Shown: in pieces, positions 1 to 8,319 of the stretch
Numbering within the stretch: the first letter of the stretch is position 1
Layout: each line of letters opens with the position of its first letter
Source of the DNA: Bacteriovoracia bacterium
Lineage (GTDB): Bacteria > Bdellovibrionota > Bacteriovoracia > Bacteriovoracales > Bacteriovoracaceae
NCBI GenBank assembly: GCA_046570105.1
Contig: JBKHVI010000058.1
Location: forward strand, 1 to 15,590
Reading direction: 5' to 3'
Length of the DNA: 15,590 bases
Program-made: the position numbers and the translations under genes
Notes under the pieces: model-generated
What the model saw: only the letters and a program-made list of their open reading frames with translations
Told to the model about the DNA's origin: nothing
The model's database searches: none

Positions 1-600
1 CTTACGCTTTATGCGTTCTCAACAGAGAACTGGAGTCGTCCGAATGAAGAAGTGGGGGCACTGTTTAAGTTGCTCCACAAATTCATGATTCGTGAATCAA
101 AGCGTTTAATAAAAAACAAAGTCTGCTTTCGAGTCATTGGCGATGTGAGTAAGCTTGCTTCACAAACTCAAACTCTCATTCGTGAACTTGAAGAAACAAC
201 TAAAGACTTTGATGGTCTCAAACTGACTTTTTGTTTTAGCTACGGCGCACGCAATGAAATGGTCTATGCCGTAAATAAGTTTATAGCCGAAAATCCGGGA
301 AAAGAAATTTCTCCAGCCGATATTGAAAAGTCACTCATGCGCCCAGAAACAGGAGATGTAGATCTTTTGATTCGTACAGGTGGAGAGCAGAGAGTTTCAA
401 ATTTCTTGTTGTGGCAAATTGCCTATGCTGAGCTTTGTTTTACACCAACAAAGTGGCCGGATTTTACTCCAAGTGAGTTTCACAGCATTCTAGCATCGGT
501 TTCTAAGCGTGAACGTCGTTTTGGTGGTCTCTCGTCAACTGCCGATAAAAATATTAATCGCTCTGCTCCAACTCTCGAAGTGCAGTCGCTGCATGTCTAA
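1..600 (+). CDS. uppS: Undecaprenyl diphosphate synthase (cis-prenyltransferase), 5'-truncated by window edge
   Basis: The frame is open from base 1 and reads LTLYAFSTENWSRP (UppS motif), so the ORF-track GTG at 52 is internal. Also DLLIRTGGEQRVSNFLLWQIAYAEL and RERRFGG. Confidence 0.96.
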   Translation, partial: LTLYAFSTENWSRPNEEVGALFKLLHKFMIRESKRLIKNKVCFRVIGDVSKLASQTQTLIRELEETTKDFDGLKLTFCFSYGARNEMVYAVNKFIAENPGKEISPADIEKSLMRPETGDVDLLIRTGGEQRVSNFLLWQIAYAELCFTPTKWPDFTPSEFHSILASVSKRERRFGGLSSTADKNINRSAPTLEVQSLHV

Positions 601-1414
601 TACAACTGTTCGTATTCTGTCAGGCGTCGTGCTTGTTTTATTTGTTGGCGTTTGTATGGCCTATGGAATTGCAAGCAGTTTAGGCGCAATTGGATTGATG
701 GGAGTTTTTGTTGTTGATGAAATCGTAACGAACTTTTACGAACTCAAGCGTACCAGTCGTCGTTACATCATCTCGCAGCTCACTTATATCATCGGCTATG
801 TGTTTTTCAATTTTTGGCAGATTAGTGAGTCATCTTTTAATCTCTTTATTTCCATCGCCTGTCTGTGGAATGTGATGTCTCTGATTTATCTGTTCTTTAT
901 AAACACTAAAAAAGAAACTCTCTCTGATTTATTTGTACGTTGTTCATGGGGCGTAGGATTTCTTGTTCTCGCTCCCATGATGTGTATTTCCTATATTATT
1001 CATCAGCCTAAATGGAGTTTTCTATTAGGTGCGATGTTGATCCTCAATTTCATGGTCGATACAGCGGCTTATTTTTCTGGCCGTTTTTTTGGTAAACATA
1101 AACTTTGGGAAGCGGTGAGCCCAAAAAAAACCGTCGAAGGGGCCATTGGTGGAGTGCTCGCGTCGGTCTTGTTTACTGGACTCTATTGGCACCATTTCGT
1201 GAAACCAGTTGCTTGGCCATTACTTGTCTTCTTCCTCGTTCTCGCTTGCTGCGCTCAGCTCGGTGATTTGGTACAATCTAAACTTAAGCGACAATTCGAA
1301 ATTAAGGATAGTTCGTCGCTGATACCAGGGCACGGAGGCGTCTACGATCGGATCGACAGCTTGTTATTTGTCGCTCCTTTTTATGCTCTCCTCGTCAGTG
1401 TCCATTTCCATTAA
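593..1414 (+). CDS. cdsA: Phosphatidate cytidylyltransferase (CDP-diacylglycerol synthase)
   Basis: Multi-TM protein with DTAAYFSGRFFGKHKL, SPKKTVEG and SKLKRQFEIKDSSSLIPGHGGVYDRIDS motifs. Likely start is ATG 593 (MSNTTVRILSG), overlapping the uppS stop, not GTG 509. Confidence 0.95.
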   Translation: MSNTTVRILSGVVLVLFVGVCMAYGIASSLGAIGLMGVFVVDEIVTNFYELKRTSRRYIISQLTYIIGYVFFNFWQISESSFNLFISIACLWNVMSLIYLFFINTKKETLSDLFVRCSWGVGFLVLAPMMCISYIIHQPKWSFLLGAMLILNFMVDTAAYFSGRFFGKHKLWEAVSPKKTVEGAIGGVLASVLFTGLYWHHFVKPVAWPLLVFFLVLACCAQLGDLVQSKLKRQFEIKDSSSLIPGHGGVYDRIDSLLFVAPFYALLVSVHFH

Positions 1415-1426
1415 CGGGACGGGCCT

Positions 1427-2989
1427 ATGTTACAAGGTACATTGATTTTTATCCTATTTTTAGGACCTCTAATTTTCTTCCATGAACTTGGACACTTTTT
1501 CTTTGCGCGCTTTTTTGGTGTGCGAGTGGAAGTTTTCTCTATCGGCTTTGGACCCAAATTATTCAAGTGGAAACGCAAAGACACTGAATACGCCATTTCT
1601 GCTATTCCTTTGGGTGGTTATGTAAAAATGTTTGGCGACGATCCTTTCCGCGAACAACCACTCACTGAAGAAGAGCAAAAGGTCGCATTTAATTATAAAT
1701 CGAAATGGGCGAGATTTTGGATCGTCTTCGGTGGTCCTCTGGCCAATATGATTTTGGCATTCTTTCTTTATTTTGCTCTCGTGATTACTGGCGAAAAAGT
1801 GCCTGAAACTCGTTTCGGCTCAATCGCTCAGAGTTCACTGCTTTACGATATGGGTTTCAGAAGTGGTGACTCGATCAGAGAAATCAACGGCAAACCTCTT
1901 ATCTCATTTGATGACCTCAACCTGGCAGAATCTACTGTTGAGGAAGTTGTCGTTGAACGCCAGGGTGTGATGGTTCCTTTGAAGCCTTCTCATGGAACAA
2001 CGGCGTTCATGGAGCTTCTCATGGAGCACTCGGCAGCTTCGTTGCGCTCTCCCGTTTTTGTTAATGCTAAAGGTGAATCTTTTGCTATTACCCGCAAGGC
2101 CGGTGAGTTTGATAATGGCTTTTCACTTGAAGAAGCCTCACTCGGTGGAGTGGCCTTATGGCTGCAACCTATTTCGGCTAAGCAAAGAGCAGAGCAAAAT
2201 CCTGTTCTCGAGGGGACGCCTGTCGTAATAGAAAATTTCAGCGATGAAGCAGGATTCTGGTCTTGGGTCGCAACTCAAAAACTTTATCCGGTTGATCTGC
2301 AGGTAGGTAGTATCGTTATGCAGTCTCCTGCTGATAAAGCTGGACTCAAGCAAGGCGATATTTTGACTCATATCGCTGGTCAGCCCATGAAGAGTTTTGA
2401 AGATTTGCGCCAGCTTGTGCAAAAAACAAAAGCTGGTGAGGAAATCAATATTAGTTATCTACGTGACGGCAAAAAGCTTGAACTAAAACTTAAGCCTGAA
2501 GTTCGCACGGTAGATAAAAAAGATGTTATGACTATCGGAGTCTTCAGTGGACTTCGCCCTGTTATGCCTCGTATGCGTGAAACAAATCCAGCTGGTTTTG
2601 GTTCAGCTCTTGTTATGGCATGGAATCGCACTGTCGATGGTGTGATTAAGACTGTTGCTGGCTACAAGAAGCTAATTACGAATGAAGTTGGCCTAAAGAA
2701 TATTGGCGGTCCTCTTGCTATCGGTAAAGTCGCCAGTGATTCATTTCAAATATCTCTCTCGATGTTCTTCCGTTTGATGGCAATTATTTCCATAAACCTT
2801 GGTGTAATTAATTTGTTCCCTATCCCCGTTTTGGATGGTGGACACATTATGTTCTTAGGTTTTGAAATTATTAATCGTGGACCACTTTCACGTCGCAAAC
2901 TCGAACTCGCTCAGCGCTTTGGTGTTTCGTTCTTGTTCCTCCTTATTTTTATCGCTCTATTCAACGACATCAGCCGCCTATTCTCTTGA
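1427..2989 (+). CDS. rseP: Site-2 intramembrane zinc metalloprotease RseP with PDZ domains
   Basis: HELGH (HExxH), FSIGFGP, IPLGGYVKM, GGPLAN, PDZ signature SPADKAGLKQGD and C-terminal NLFPIPVLDGG. Canonical position after cdsA. Confidence 0.96.
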   Translation: MLQGTLIFILFLGPLIFFHELGHFFFARFFGVRVEVFSIGFGPKLFKWKRKDTEYAISAIPLGGYVKMFGDDPFREQPLTEEEQKVAFNYKSKWARFWIVFGGPLANMILAFFLYFALVITGEKVPETRFGSIAQSSLLYDMGFRSGDSIREINGKPLISFDDLNLAESTVEEVVVERQGVMVPLKPSHGTTAFMELLMEHSAASLRSPVFVNAKGESFAITRKAGEFDNGFSLEEASLGGVALWLQPISAKQRAEQNPVLEGTPVVIENFSDEAGFWSWVATQKLYPVDLQVGSIVMQSPADKAGLKQGDILTHIAGQPMKSFEDLRQLVQKTKAGEEINISYLRDGKKLELKLKPEVRTVDKKDVMTIGVFSGLRPVMPRMRETNPAGFGSALVMAWNRTVDGVIKTVAGYKKLITNEVGLKNIGGPLAIGKVASDSFQISLSMFFRLMAIISINLGVINLFPIPVLDGGHIMFLGFEIINRGPLSRRKLELAQRFGVSFLFLLIFIALFNDISRLFS

Positions 2990-3603
2990 GTACGCTGTTC
3001 ATCGATACTTCTTATAATCAAATCCTGGGCCTTCTCAATCATGAGGGGTGCCCACTGGATTTACGTATTAAAGAAGGTCAAAAATCTTCGGCTGTATTGC
3101 ATGCTGAACTTAATGACATGATGAATGCATGTTCTTTGAAGCCCTCAGAAATTAATAAAGTCGTCTATGTCGCAGGGCCAGGATTCTATACAGGTCTTCG
3201 CATGGCCTATGGAATTGCGGACATTCTGAAACTGACTGGCGCAACACTGTCGAGTTTTTATACTTTCGATATTCCGGCTTTACTGGGCTTTGAGAATTAT
3301 ACTTGGATTACGAAAGCTTATCGTGGCGAAGTTTTAGTTTTCAAGAAGTCCGAATCACGAGTGAATCATCAGCTGTATTCAGAAAAAGAATTTTTACAAA
3401 AAGACTGGAGTGGCGATATTTTTGTTCATCATCGCAATGCACTTGATGAACAAATGGCTGCTAAGCTGTTAAATGCACAATCGACTCAAGAGCTTTTGCA
3501 AAAGAATATAAAAACCATCTGTCAGCAAGTGCAAAATTCATCTCAATTAAAAGAACTCTTTTATTTTCGACCTGCCGTTGAGGAGTTCAAACCAAATCCA
3601 TGA
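2986..3603 (+). CDS. tsaB: tRNA t6A modification protein TsaB (YeaZ) family, divergent
   Basis: N-terminal LFIDTS and AGPGFYTGLR (cf. GPGSFTGLR). TTG start overlaps the rseP TGA. Confidence 0.85.
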   Translation: MSTLFIDTSYNQILGLLNHEGCPLDLRIKEGQKSSAVLHAELNDMMNACSLKPSEINKVVYVAGPGFYTGLRMAYGIADILKLTGATLSSFYTFDIPALLGFENYTWITKAYRGEVLVFKKSESRVNHQLYSEKEFLQKDWSGDIFVHHRNALDEQMAAKLLNAQSTQELLQKNIKTICQQVQNSSQLKELFYFRPAVEEFKPNP

Positions 3604-4268
3604 TTCGTCGAAACTTTTTTTTAAAAAAGAGATGGTTTTTTCTCGTCATATTTTTGATGTTTGGTGCTCTTACATTTCTACCAGAGTGGACTCGCTGGCC
3701 AATCTTAATTGGTGGGACGTTTTTACTATGGCTTCATCGCCGCTATGATATTCCTTGGCGGGACACTCTAAAAAACGATGGCGAAATTTTTCTTTCCCCT
3801 ATTGCTGGGGAAGTAGTCAAAATCGGCATGTGGACTGATCCTGAAGACGGTAAAAGCTATGGTCAGCTTCGTCTGCGGATGAATTTGACAGACAACTGGG
3901 GTCTTCATCTTCCAAGCTCAAGTGAAATGGAGTTTCTAAAAGAGTTTCCCGGCAAGTCACTCTCTCGCCGCCAGATTGGCCTTATAAGCGAAGAAAATCT
4001 AACGACCCATAGTCATACAGACATGCTTTTACGCTCAAAAAATGGCGTTGGAAGTCGCATGCGTTTTGTTCATTGCGTGAATGGGCGTTCCCCTCGTATT
4101 TGGATGAAATCCGGTGATCGGGGTCGGGGAGCCGCTTGTTTTGGACATTACCCTTTTGGTGGAAGTCTGATAGTGTACGTGCCACAACCAAGTGATATTT
4201 TAGTGGTTGAGAATGAGAAGATCGAAGCAGGTCAAACTGTTCTAGCGGTCTTCAAATCACAAGAGTGA
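3600..4268 (+). CDS. Phosphatidylserine decarboxylase-like protein (short Psd type) with atypical catalytic motifs
   Basis: Two N-terminal hydrophobic helices, LSPIAGEV (cf. SPADGKV), and C-terminal FGHYPFGGSLIVYVP...VVENEKIEAGQTVLA (cf. FGLIRFGSRVDVYLP...VGQKVxAGETVLA). Lies directly upstream of pssA, as psd usually does. Confidence 0.75.
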   Translation: MIRRNFFLKKRWFFLVIFLMFGALTFLPEWTRWPILIGGTFLLWLHRRYDIPWRDTLKNDGEIFLSPIAGEVVKIGMWTDPEDGKSYGQLRLRMNLTDNWGLHLPSSSEMEFLKEFPGKSLSRRQIGLISEENLTTHSHTDMLLRSKNGVGSRMRFVHCVNGRSPRIWMKSGDRGRGAACFGHYPFGGSLIVYVPQPSDILVVENEKIEAGQTVLAVFKSQE

Positions 4269-4278
4269 AGGACGTACA

Positions 4279-5028
4279 ATGAGCTTTGATAAGAAAAGTT
4301 TGGCTTTTTTTCTCCCTAATATTTTCACTGCACTGAATATGGCGTGTGGTTATTCGGCGATCATGTTCTCTTTTCGCGGAAGTTTTTATGCTGCCTGCAT
4401 GTTTATTGTTCTAGCAGCAGTTTTTGACAGTATGGATGGAAGAGTGGCCCGGATGACCGGCACTCAATCGAGCTTTGGTGAACAGTTTGATTCGCTTTCG
4501 GATTTGATCTCGTTTGGCATGGCCCCGGCTTTTCTTTATTACTTCAGATTTATGCAAGATTCAGGTCGCTTAGGCCTAGTGCTAGGCTTTTTCTACATGC
4601 TTTGTGGTGCCCTTCGTTTGGCACGCTTTAATGCCAATATTGACCGAGTGAAAAGTGATTATTTTCAGGGTCTACCCATTCCAGGTGGAGCTTGTGCGGT
4701 CACAGGCTTAGTTTTGATCTCAATTAATTTTCCACAAATCGCTGATTTGAAACCAATTATTTATTTGTATCTTTTGTTTTATTCAGTGCTGATGATTTCT
4801 AGTATTCCATTCCCAAGTTTTAAAAATTCTCCTTGGGTAAAAAATCACAAGAAGCAGGTCTTGATGATTATTTTCTTCGTGCTTTGCAGCCTGTTTATCT
4901 ATGAAGAAGTCATGATCCCCGTGATTATCACAACGTATGTTTTCTCTTCCCTCATTTACGTAGCTTTTAATAAAGAAAAGTTTGCTGGAATTTTTGACTG
5001 GAAGAATGAGCCAGAACAAGAGATCTAG
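4279..5028 (+). CDS. pssA: CDP-diacylglycerol--serine O-phosphatidyltransferase (subclass II PssA)
   Basis: LPNIFT, CDP-alcohol phosphotransferase motif DSMDGRVARMTGTQSSFGEQFDSLSDLISFG, LRLARFN and FQGLPIP. GAAGGA RBS upstream. Confidence 0.95.
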   Translation: MSFDKKSLAFFLPNIFTALNMACGYSAIMFSFRGSFYAACMFIVLAAVFDSMDGRVARMTGTQSSFGEQFDSLSDLISFGMAPAFLYYFRFMQDSGRLGLVLGFFYMLCGALRLARFNANIDRVKSDYFQGLPIPGGACAVTGLVLISINFPQIADLKPIIYLYLLFYSVLMISSIPFPSFKNSPWVKNHKKQVLMIIFFVLCSLFIYEEVMIPVIITTYVFSSLIYVAFNKEKFAGIFDWKNEPEQEI

Positions 5029-5805
5029 ATGCCACACTATCGCGCCACCATTTCTTACAAAGGGACGCGCTATCAGGGCTGGCAGATTCAACCCACTGGT
5101 CTCACTGTTCAAGGTGAGTTGAATAAGGCCTTAGCCTCTGTTTCTAAGACTCAAGAGATACGCACCATGGGTTCAGGTCGCACCGATGCGGGCGTTCATG
5201 CTCGAGGCCAGGTGGCGCGCTTAGACACGCCGTTGGTGATTGCGCCTGAGAATCTTTTGAAGGCACTTAATACTTATCTTCCACCAGACATCCGCATCGT
5301 GGAATGCGTTGAGAGCAATGATAATTTTCATCCGACTTTTGGCGCTGATTCAAAGTGGTATTCTTATTTCTTTATGCAGCACGCTTATCCCGATCCGCTA
5401 GTGGGCGATTTAGTGGCGAGCTATGGTTTCCCGTTAGATATTGAGAAGGTTAAAGCCGCCTGTCGTTTGTTTGTTGGAAAACATGATTTCGTGAACTTCT
5501 ATACTGAGGGCACTGAAGTTAACTCCACGGTCCGAGAGATTTATTCTTGTGAATTGTTCGAGGTTGCTCCTGGTGGCGCGCCCTTTCCTTTTCACGGCCC
5601 ACTCTATGAGATTCGTATTCACGGAGAAGGCTTCTTAAAGCAGATGGTGCGCATGATGGTGGGAGCACTCTGGAATGTTGGTCGTGGTAAAATTCCTGCC
5701 GAGGCGATCACCAAGGCACTTACCTCGCCGCGCCAAGAGCGCTTGTCTCCTGTCGCTCCTCCTGAAGGCCTCTATTTGATGCGCGTAGTCTATCCCTCAA
5801 ATTGA
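5029..5805 (+). CDS. truA: tRNA pseudouridine(38-40) synthase TruA
   Basis: YKGTRYQGWQIQ, GSGRTDAGVHARGQV (catalytic Asp), GKHDF, FLKQMVRMMVG and APPEGLYL. Confidence 0.97.
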   Translation: MPHYRATISYKGTRYQGWQIQPTGLTVQGELNKALASVSKTQEIRTMGSGRTDAGVHARGQVARLDTPLVIAPENLLKALNTYLPPDIRIVECVESNDNFHPTFGADSKWYSYFFMQHAYPDPLVGDLVASYGFPLDIEKVKAACRLFVGKHDFVNFYTEGTEVNSTVREIYSCELFEVAPGGAPFPFHGPLYEIRIHGEGFLKQMVRMMVGALWNVGRGKIPAEAITKALTSPRQERLSPVAPPEGLYLMRVVYPSN

Positions 5806-5829
5806 CTTTTGGGCCCCCTATGTTAGTTT
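5802..5829 (+). promoter_or_regulatory. Putative sigma70 promoter for tig
   Basis: TTGACT (5802-5807, overlapping the truA stop), 16-nt spacer, then TAGTTT (5824-5829) preceded by extended -10 TG (5821-5822). Confidence 0.6.
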
Positions 5830-5862
5830 GGGACGACTTTTTTTCATATGAGGGCGAAATCC

Positions 5863-7146
5863 ATGAGCTATCAAATTCAAAGCCTTAACGGCTGCACCAA
5901 AAAATTTGTCTTTAACTATGAGCAAGTTGATCTCACTAAGCAGATCCAAGCTGCTTTGGTTGATAAGCAACGTAATGCCAATCTAAAAGGTTTCCGCAAA
6001 GGAAAAGCACCACTTGATATGGTGAAGAAACTTTTCGGTCCACAAGTTGAAAACGACGCGCTTACTCGTTTTGTTTCTGAAGAGTTCTACGCAGCTCTTA
6101 AGAAAGAAAATATCCGCGCTGTTGGTTACCCATCATTTGGTAACACTCAGTATGAAGCTGGTAAGAAAGTAGCATTTGAAGCCACTGTAGAAATCATTCC
6201 AGAATTCGAACTTAAAGACTTCAGCAAATATTCTTTCAAAAAAGAAGACGACAAAGTTACGGCTGCAGATATCGAAGCTGTAAAAAAGCAATTGCTTACT
6301 TCTAAAGCAGAACTCAAAGAAGTAACTGATCCTGCTGCCACTTTGAAGAAAGGCCAGCACGCTGTGCTTAACTTTGAAGGCGAGCGCAAAGACGGTTCTA
6401 AGCCAGACAACATGAAGGCGACTGATTACATGCTTGAAATCGGCTCGAATCAGTTCATTGCTGGTTTCGAAGAAGGTATGACTGGTATGAAGAAAGGCGA
6501 AACGAAAGTTATCGCTTTGAATTTCCCTGCCGATTACCATGAGACAGAACTTCAAGGTGAACCAGTAAAGTTCAAAGTTGATCTTCTTGAAATTAAAGAT
6601 CGCCAGTTCCCAGAGCTTAACGATGAACTCGCTAAAGAGTTCGGCTACGAGTCTGTCGCTGATCTCGACAAGAAGAATACAGATCGTTTAACTGTTCAAA
6701 AGAAGCGTGAGGCTCAAGCGAAACTTCACCAACAGATCCTTGAGAAATTGATCGAAGAAAATAAATTCGACGTTCCACAAGCTTTGATTGAAGACCAGAA
6801 GCAAAGCGTGAAGCAGGATCTTTCTCGTACTTTGAAGCAACAAGGCTTCAACGATCAAATGATTGAGATGTACTTTGAACGTTGGACTGCTGACGTAAAC
6901 CAAAAAGCAGAATTCCAAGTTCGCTCAGGTTTGATCCTAGATAAGCTTGCAAAGAATTTTAATATCGAAGCGACTGAAAGTGATTTGGATGTGAAGCTTG
7001 ATGAAATGGTGGCTCAGTCAGGTATGAAGCGCGATGATATCGCTCACTTCTACAAGTCGAACGCTAATGTTAAGCGCAATCTTATGTACGCAATCCGTGA
7101 AGAAAAGACCTTCGATAAACTTATCTCATCAATGAAAGTTTCTTAA
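5863..7146 (+). CDS. tig: Trigger factor (ribosome-associated chaperone/PPIase)
   Basis: GFRKGKAP ribosome-binding motif, FKBP domain (IGSNQFIAGFEEGMTGMK, FPADYH) and C-terminal domain. Start likely ATG 5863 with GAGG at 5850-5853. Confidence 0.97.
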   Translation: MSYQIQSLNGCTKKFVFNYEQVDLTKQIQAALVDKQRNANLKGFRKGKAPLDMVKKLFGPQVENDALTRFVSEEFYAALKKENIRAVGYPSFGNTQYEAGKKVAFEATVEIIPEFELKDFSKYSFKKEDDKVTAADIEAVKKQLLTSKAELKEVTDPAATLKKGQHAVLNFEGERKDGSKPDNMKATDYMLEIGSNQFIAGFEEGMTGMKKGETKVIALNFPADYHETELQGEPVKFKVDLLEIKDRQFPELNDELAKEFGYESVADLDKKNTDRLTVQKKREAQAKLHQQILEKLIEENKFDVPQALIEDQKQSVKQDLSRTLKQQGFNDQMIEMYFERWTADVNQKAEFQVRSGLILDKLAKNFNIEATESDLDVKLDEMVAQSGMKRDDIAHFYKSNANVKRNLMYAIREEKTFDKLISSMKVS

Positions 7147-8194
7147 GTTTTTTGCCGCCTCTCTTTGAGGGGCGGCATTTTACTTCCCAGCGCGCTTCCA
7201 TCCAAATTTGTCGACACTTCCATTCTCCCGAAATAATCACACTATTCATAACTCTGGCTTCCTTTGGTGGCGCAAACTCCCACATGCTCTGTGACGGAGA
7301 TTTTGTCTGAAAGCGATTAAGTGGGTCACTTAGTAAAATGAGCAGCACAGGAATGACCGATATGCGGTTTCTCCCTTTGGTTAAAATCCACCCCAGAAAA
7401 AGCAGCAGATGCCCGGCATGGGGTTTTATCGCCGGGATGTACAAATGCCATCCATCCACCCACATGACAAATTGATGAAGCTGTTCGAGTAGCATGACGA
7501 GCTTCTGTTGCAATACTTCTATTGGAAAAGGAGACAATACGAGAGCGGCCGGGAATAAAATCAAAAGCGGTATTCCCACTAAAAAATTGATCAATGGTGC
7601 AAAGAGTGAAAAAGGTTTGAGTAGCACCCAACATAAGGTCATCTGCGCTAATACGAACCACAGAAACCTTCTCTCTTTAGGAGCAAACCAACTTAAACCT
7701 AAGAAAAGCCAGCTGCATGTCCAACTCAAGGCATGTCCATTCCAAGAGAGAAGCGCACCTTCGAGAAACATGACGATACTAAAACTTTTAAAACTAAACA
7801 GTGATTTGGGTATCGCTTTAGCAAAGCTCACTCGTGCTAAGGCCCCCAGACCATTAATCCAGCTCATACTTAAGCCTAGGAGAAACATCATAAAAGCGGT
7901 GGCGGGAATGAGGCGCCAGAGTGGGTTGAGCGTTGCCAAATGAACCCCTGAAGGCGTGAAGAGGTGCCCTAGGCCTAACTGATAGTAGGTTTGTTTCTCT
8001 TTGCGACTAAAACCCCTATCGTCTCCCACAACAATAGCTCGCCATAAGAGGGCCCCTTTTTCATTTGTCTGAGGAATCCCTCTGAGCATGCTTTTATAGG
8101 CAGGTTTAGGTGTATATCTGAACGGCTTGGCCCCAGAGAACCAAGCGAAGAAACACAGGGAGCTTAAAAGAATAATAAGTGCGTTTTTACTCAT
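7121..8194 (-). CDS. ComEC/Rec2-family membrane protein (Competence domain only; no recognisable C-terminal metallo-beta-lactamase domain)
   Basis: AIVVGDDRGFS...GLGHLFTPSGVHL matches the ComEC 'ALLLGD...GxxHLxAISGLH' motif. Multiple TM segments follow. Confidence 0.78.
   Translation of the reverse strand: MSKNALIILLSSLCFFAWFSGAKPFRYTPKPAYKSMLRGIPQTNEKGALLWRAIVVGDDRGFSRKEKQTYYQLGLGHLFTPSGVHLATLNPLWRLIPATAFMMFLLGLSMSWINGLGALARVSFAKAIPKSLFSFKSFSIVMFLEGALLSWNGHALSWTCSWLFLGLSWFAPKERRFLWFVLAQMTLCWVLLKPFSLFAPLINFLVGIPLLILFPAALVLSPFPIEVLQQKLVMLLEQLHQFVMWVDGWHLYIPAIKPHAGHLLLFLGWILTKGRNRISVIPVLLILLSDPLNRFQTKSPSQSMWEFAPPKEARVMNSVIISGEWKCRQIWMEARWEVKCRPSKRGGKKLKKLSLMR
7153..7181 (+). terminator. Intrinsic terminator of tig
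   Basis: 11-bp stem TGCCGCCTCTC / GAGGGGCGGCA (one G-U pair) with a TTT loop, followed by TTTT, just after the tig stop. Confidence 0.8.
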
Positions 8195-8206
8195 AGAGAC
8201 CCATTA

Positions 8207-8222
8207 AGCAAGTGGGATGCCG
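8207..8222 (-). promoter_or_regulatory. Putative sigma54 (RpoN) -24/-12 promoter for the comEC-like gene
   Basis: Minus strand reads CGGCATCCCACTTGCT, an exact GG-N10-GC spacing close to the TGGCAC-N5-TTGCW consensus. Confidence 0.6.
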
Positions 8223-8226
8223 AGTC

Positions 8227-8244
8227 CTAGACTTGCAAGTCTAG
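8227..8244. repeat. Perfect 18-bp palindrome in the divergent comEC/nadC intergenic region
   Basis: CTAGACTTG|CAAGTCTAG, self-complementary with no loop. Confidence 0.9.
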
Positions 8245-8319
8245 AAAATGATTGAGGTCGAAAAAGGGGCAGAGGAAGCTTTTATGGCCTTTCGGGAAAA
8301 AATTGGATAGCTAGAGGCT

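Noticed and set aside
4279..5805. PssA-TruA read-through fusion (TAG immediately followed by in-frame ATG)
   Set aside because: Both proteins are complete on their own and functionally unrelated; the abutment is best explained by translational coupling in a compact operon.
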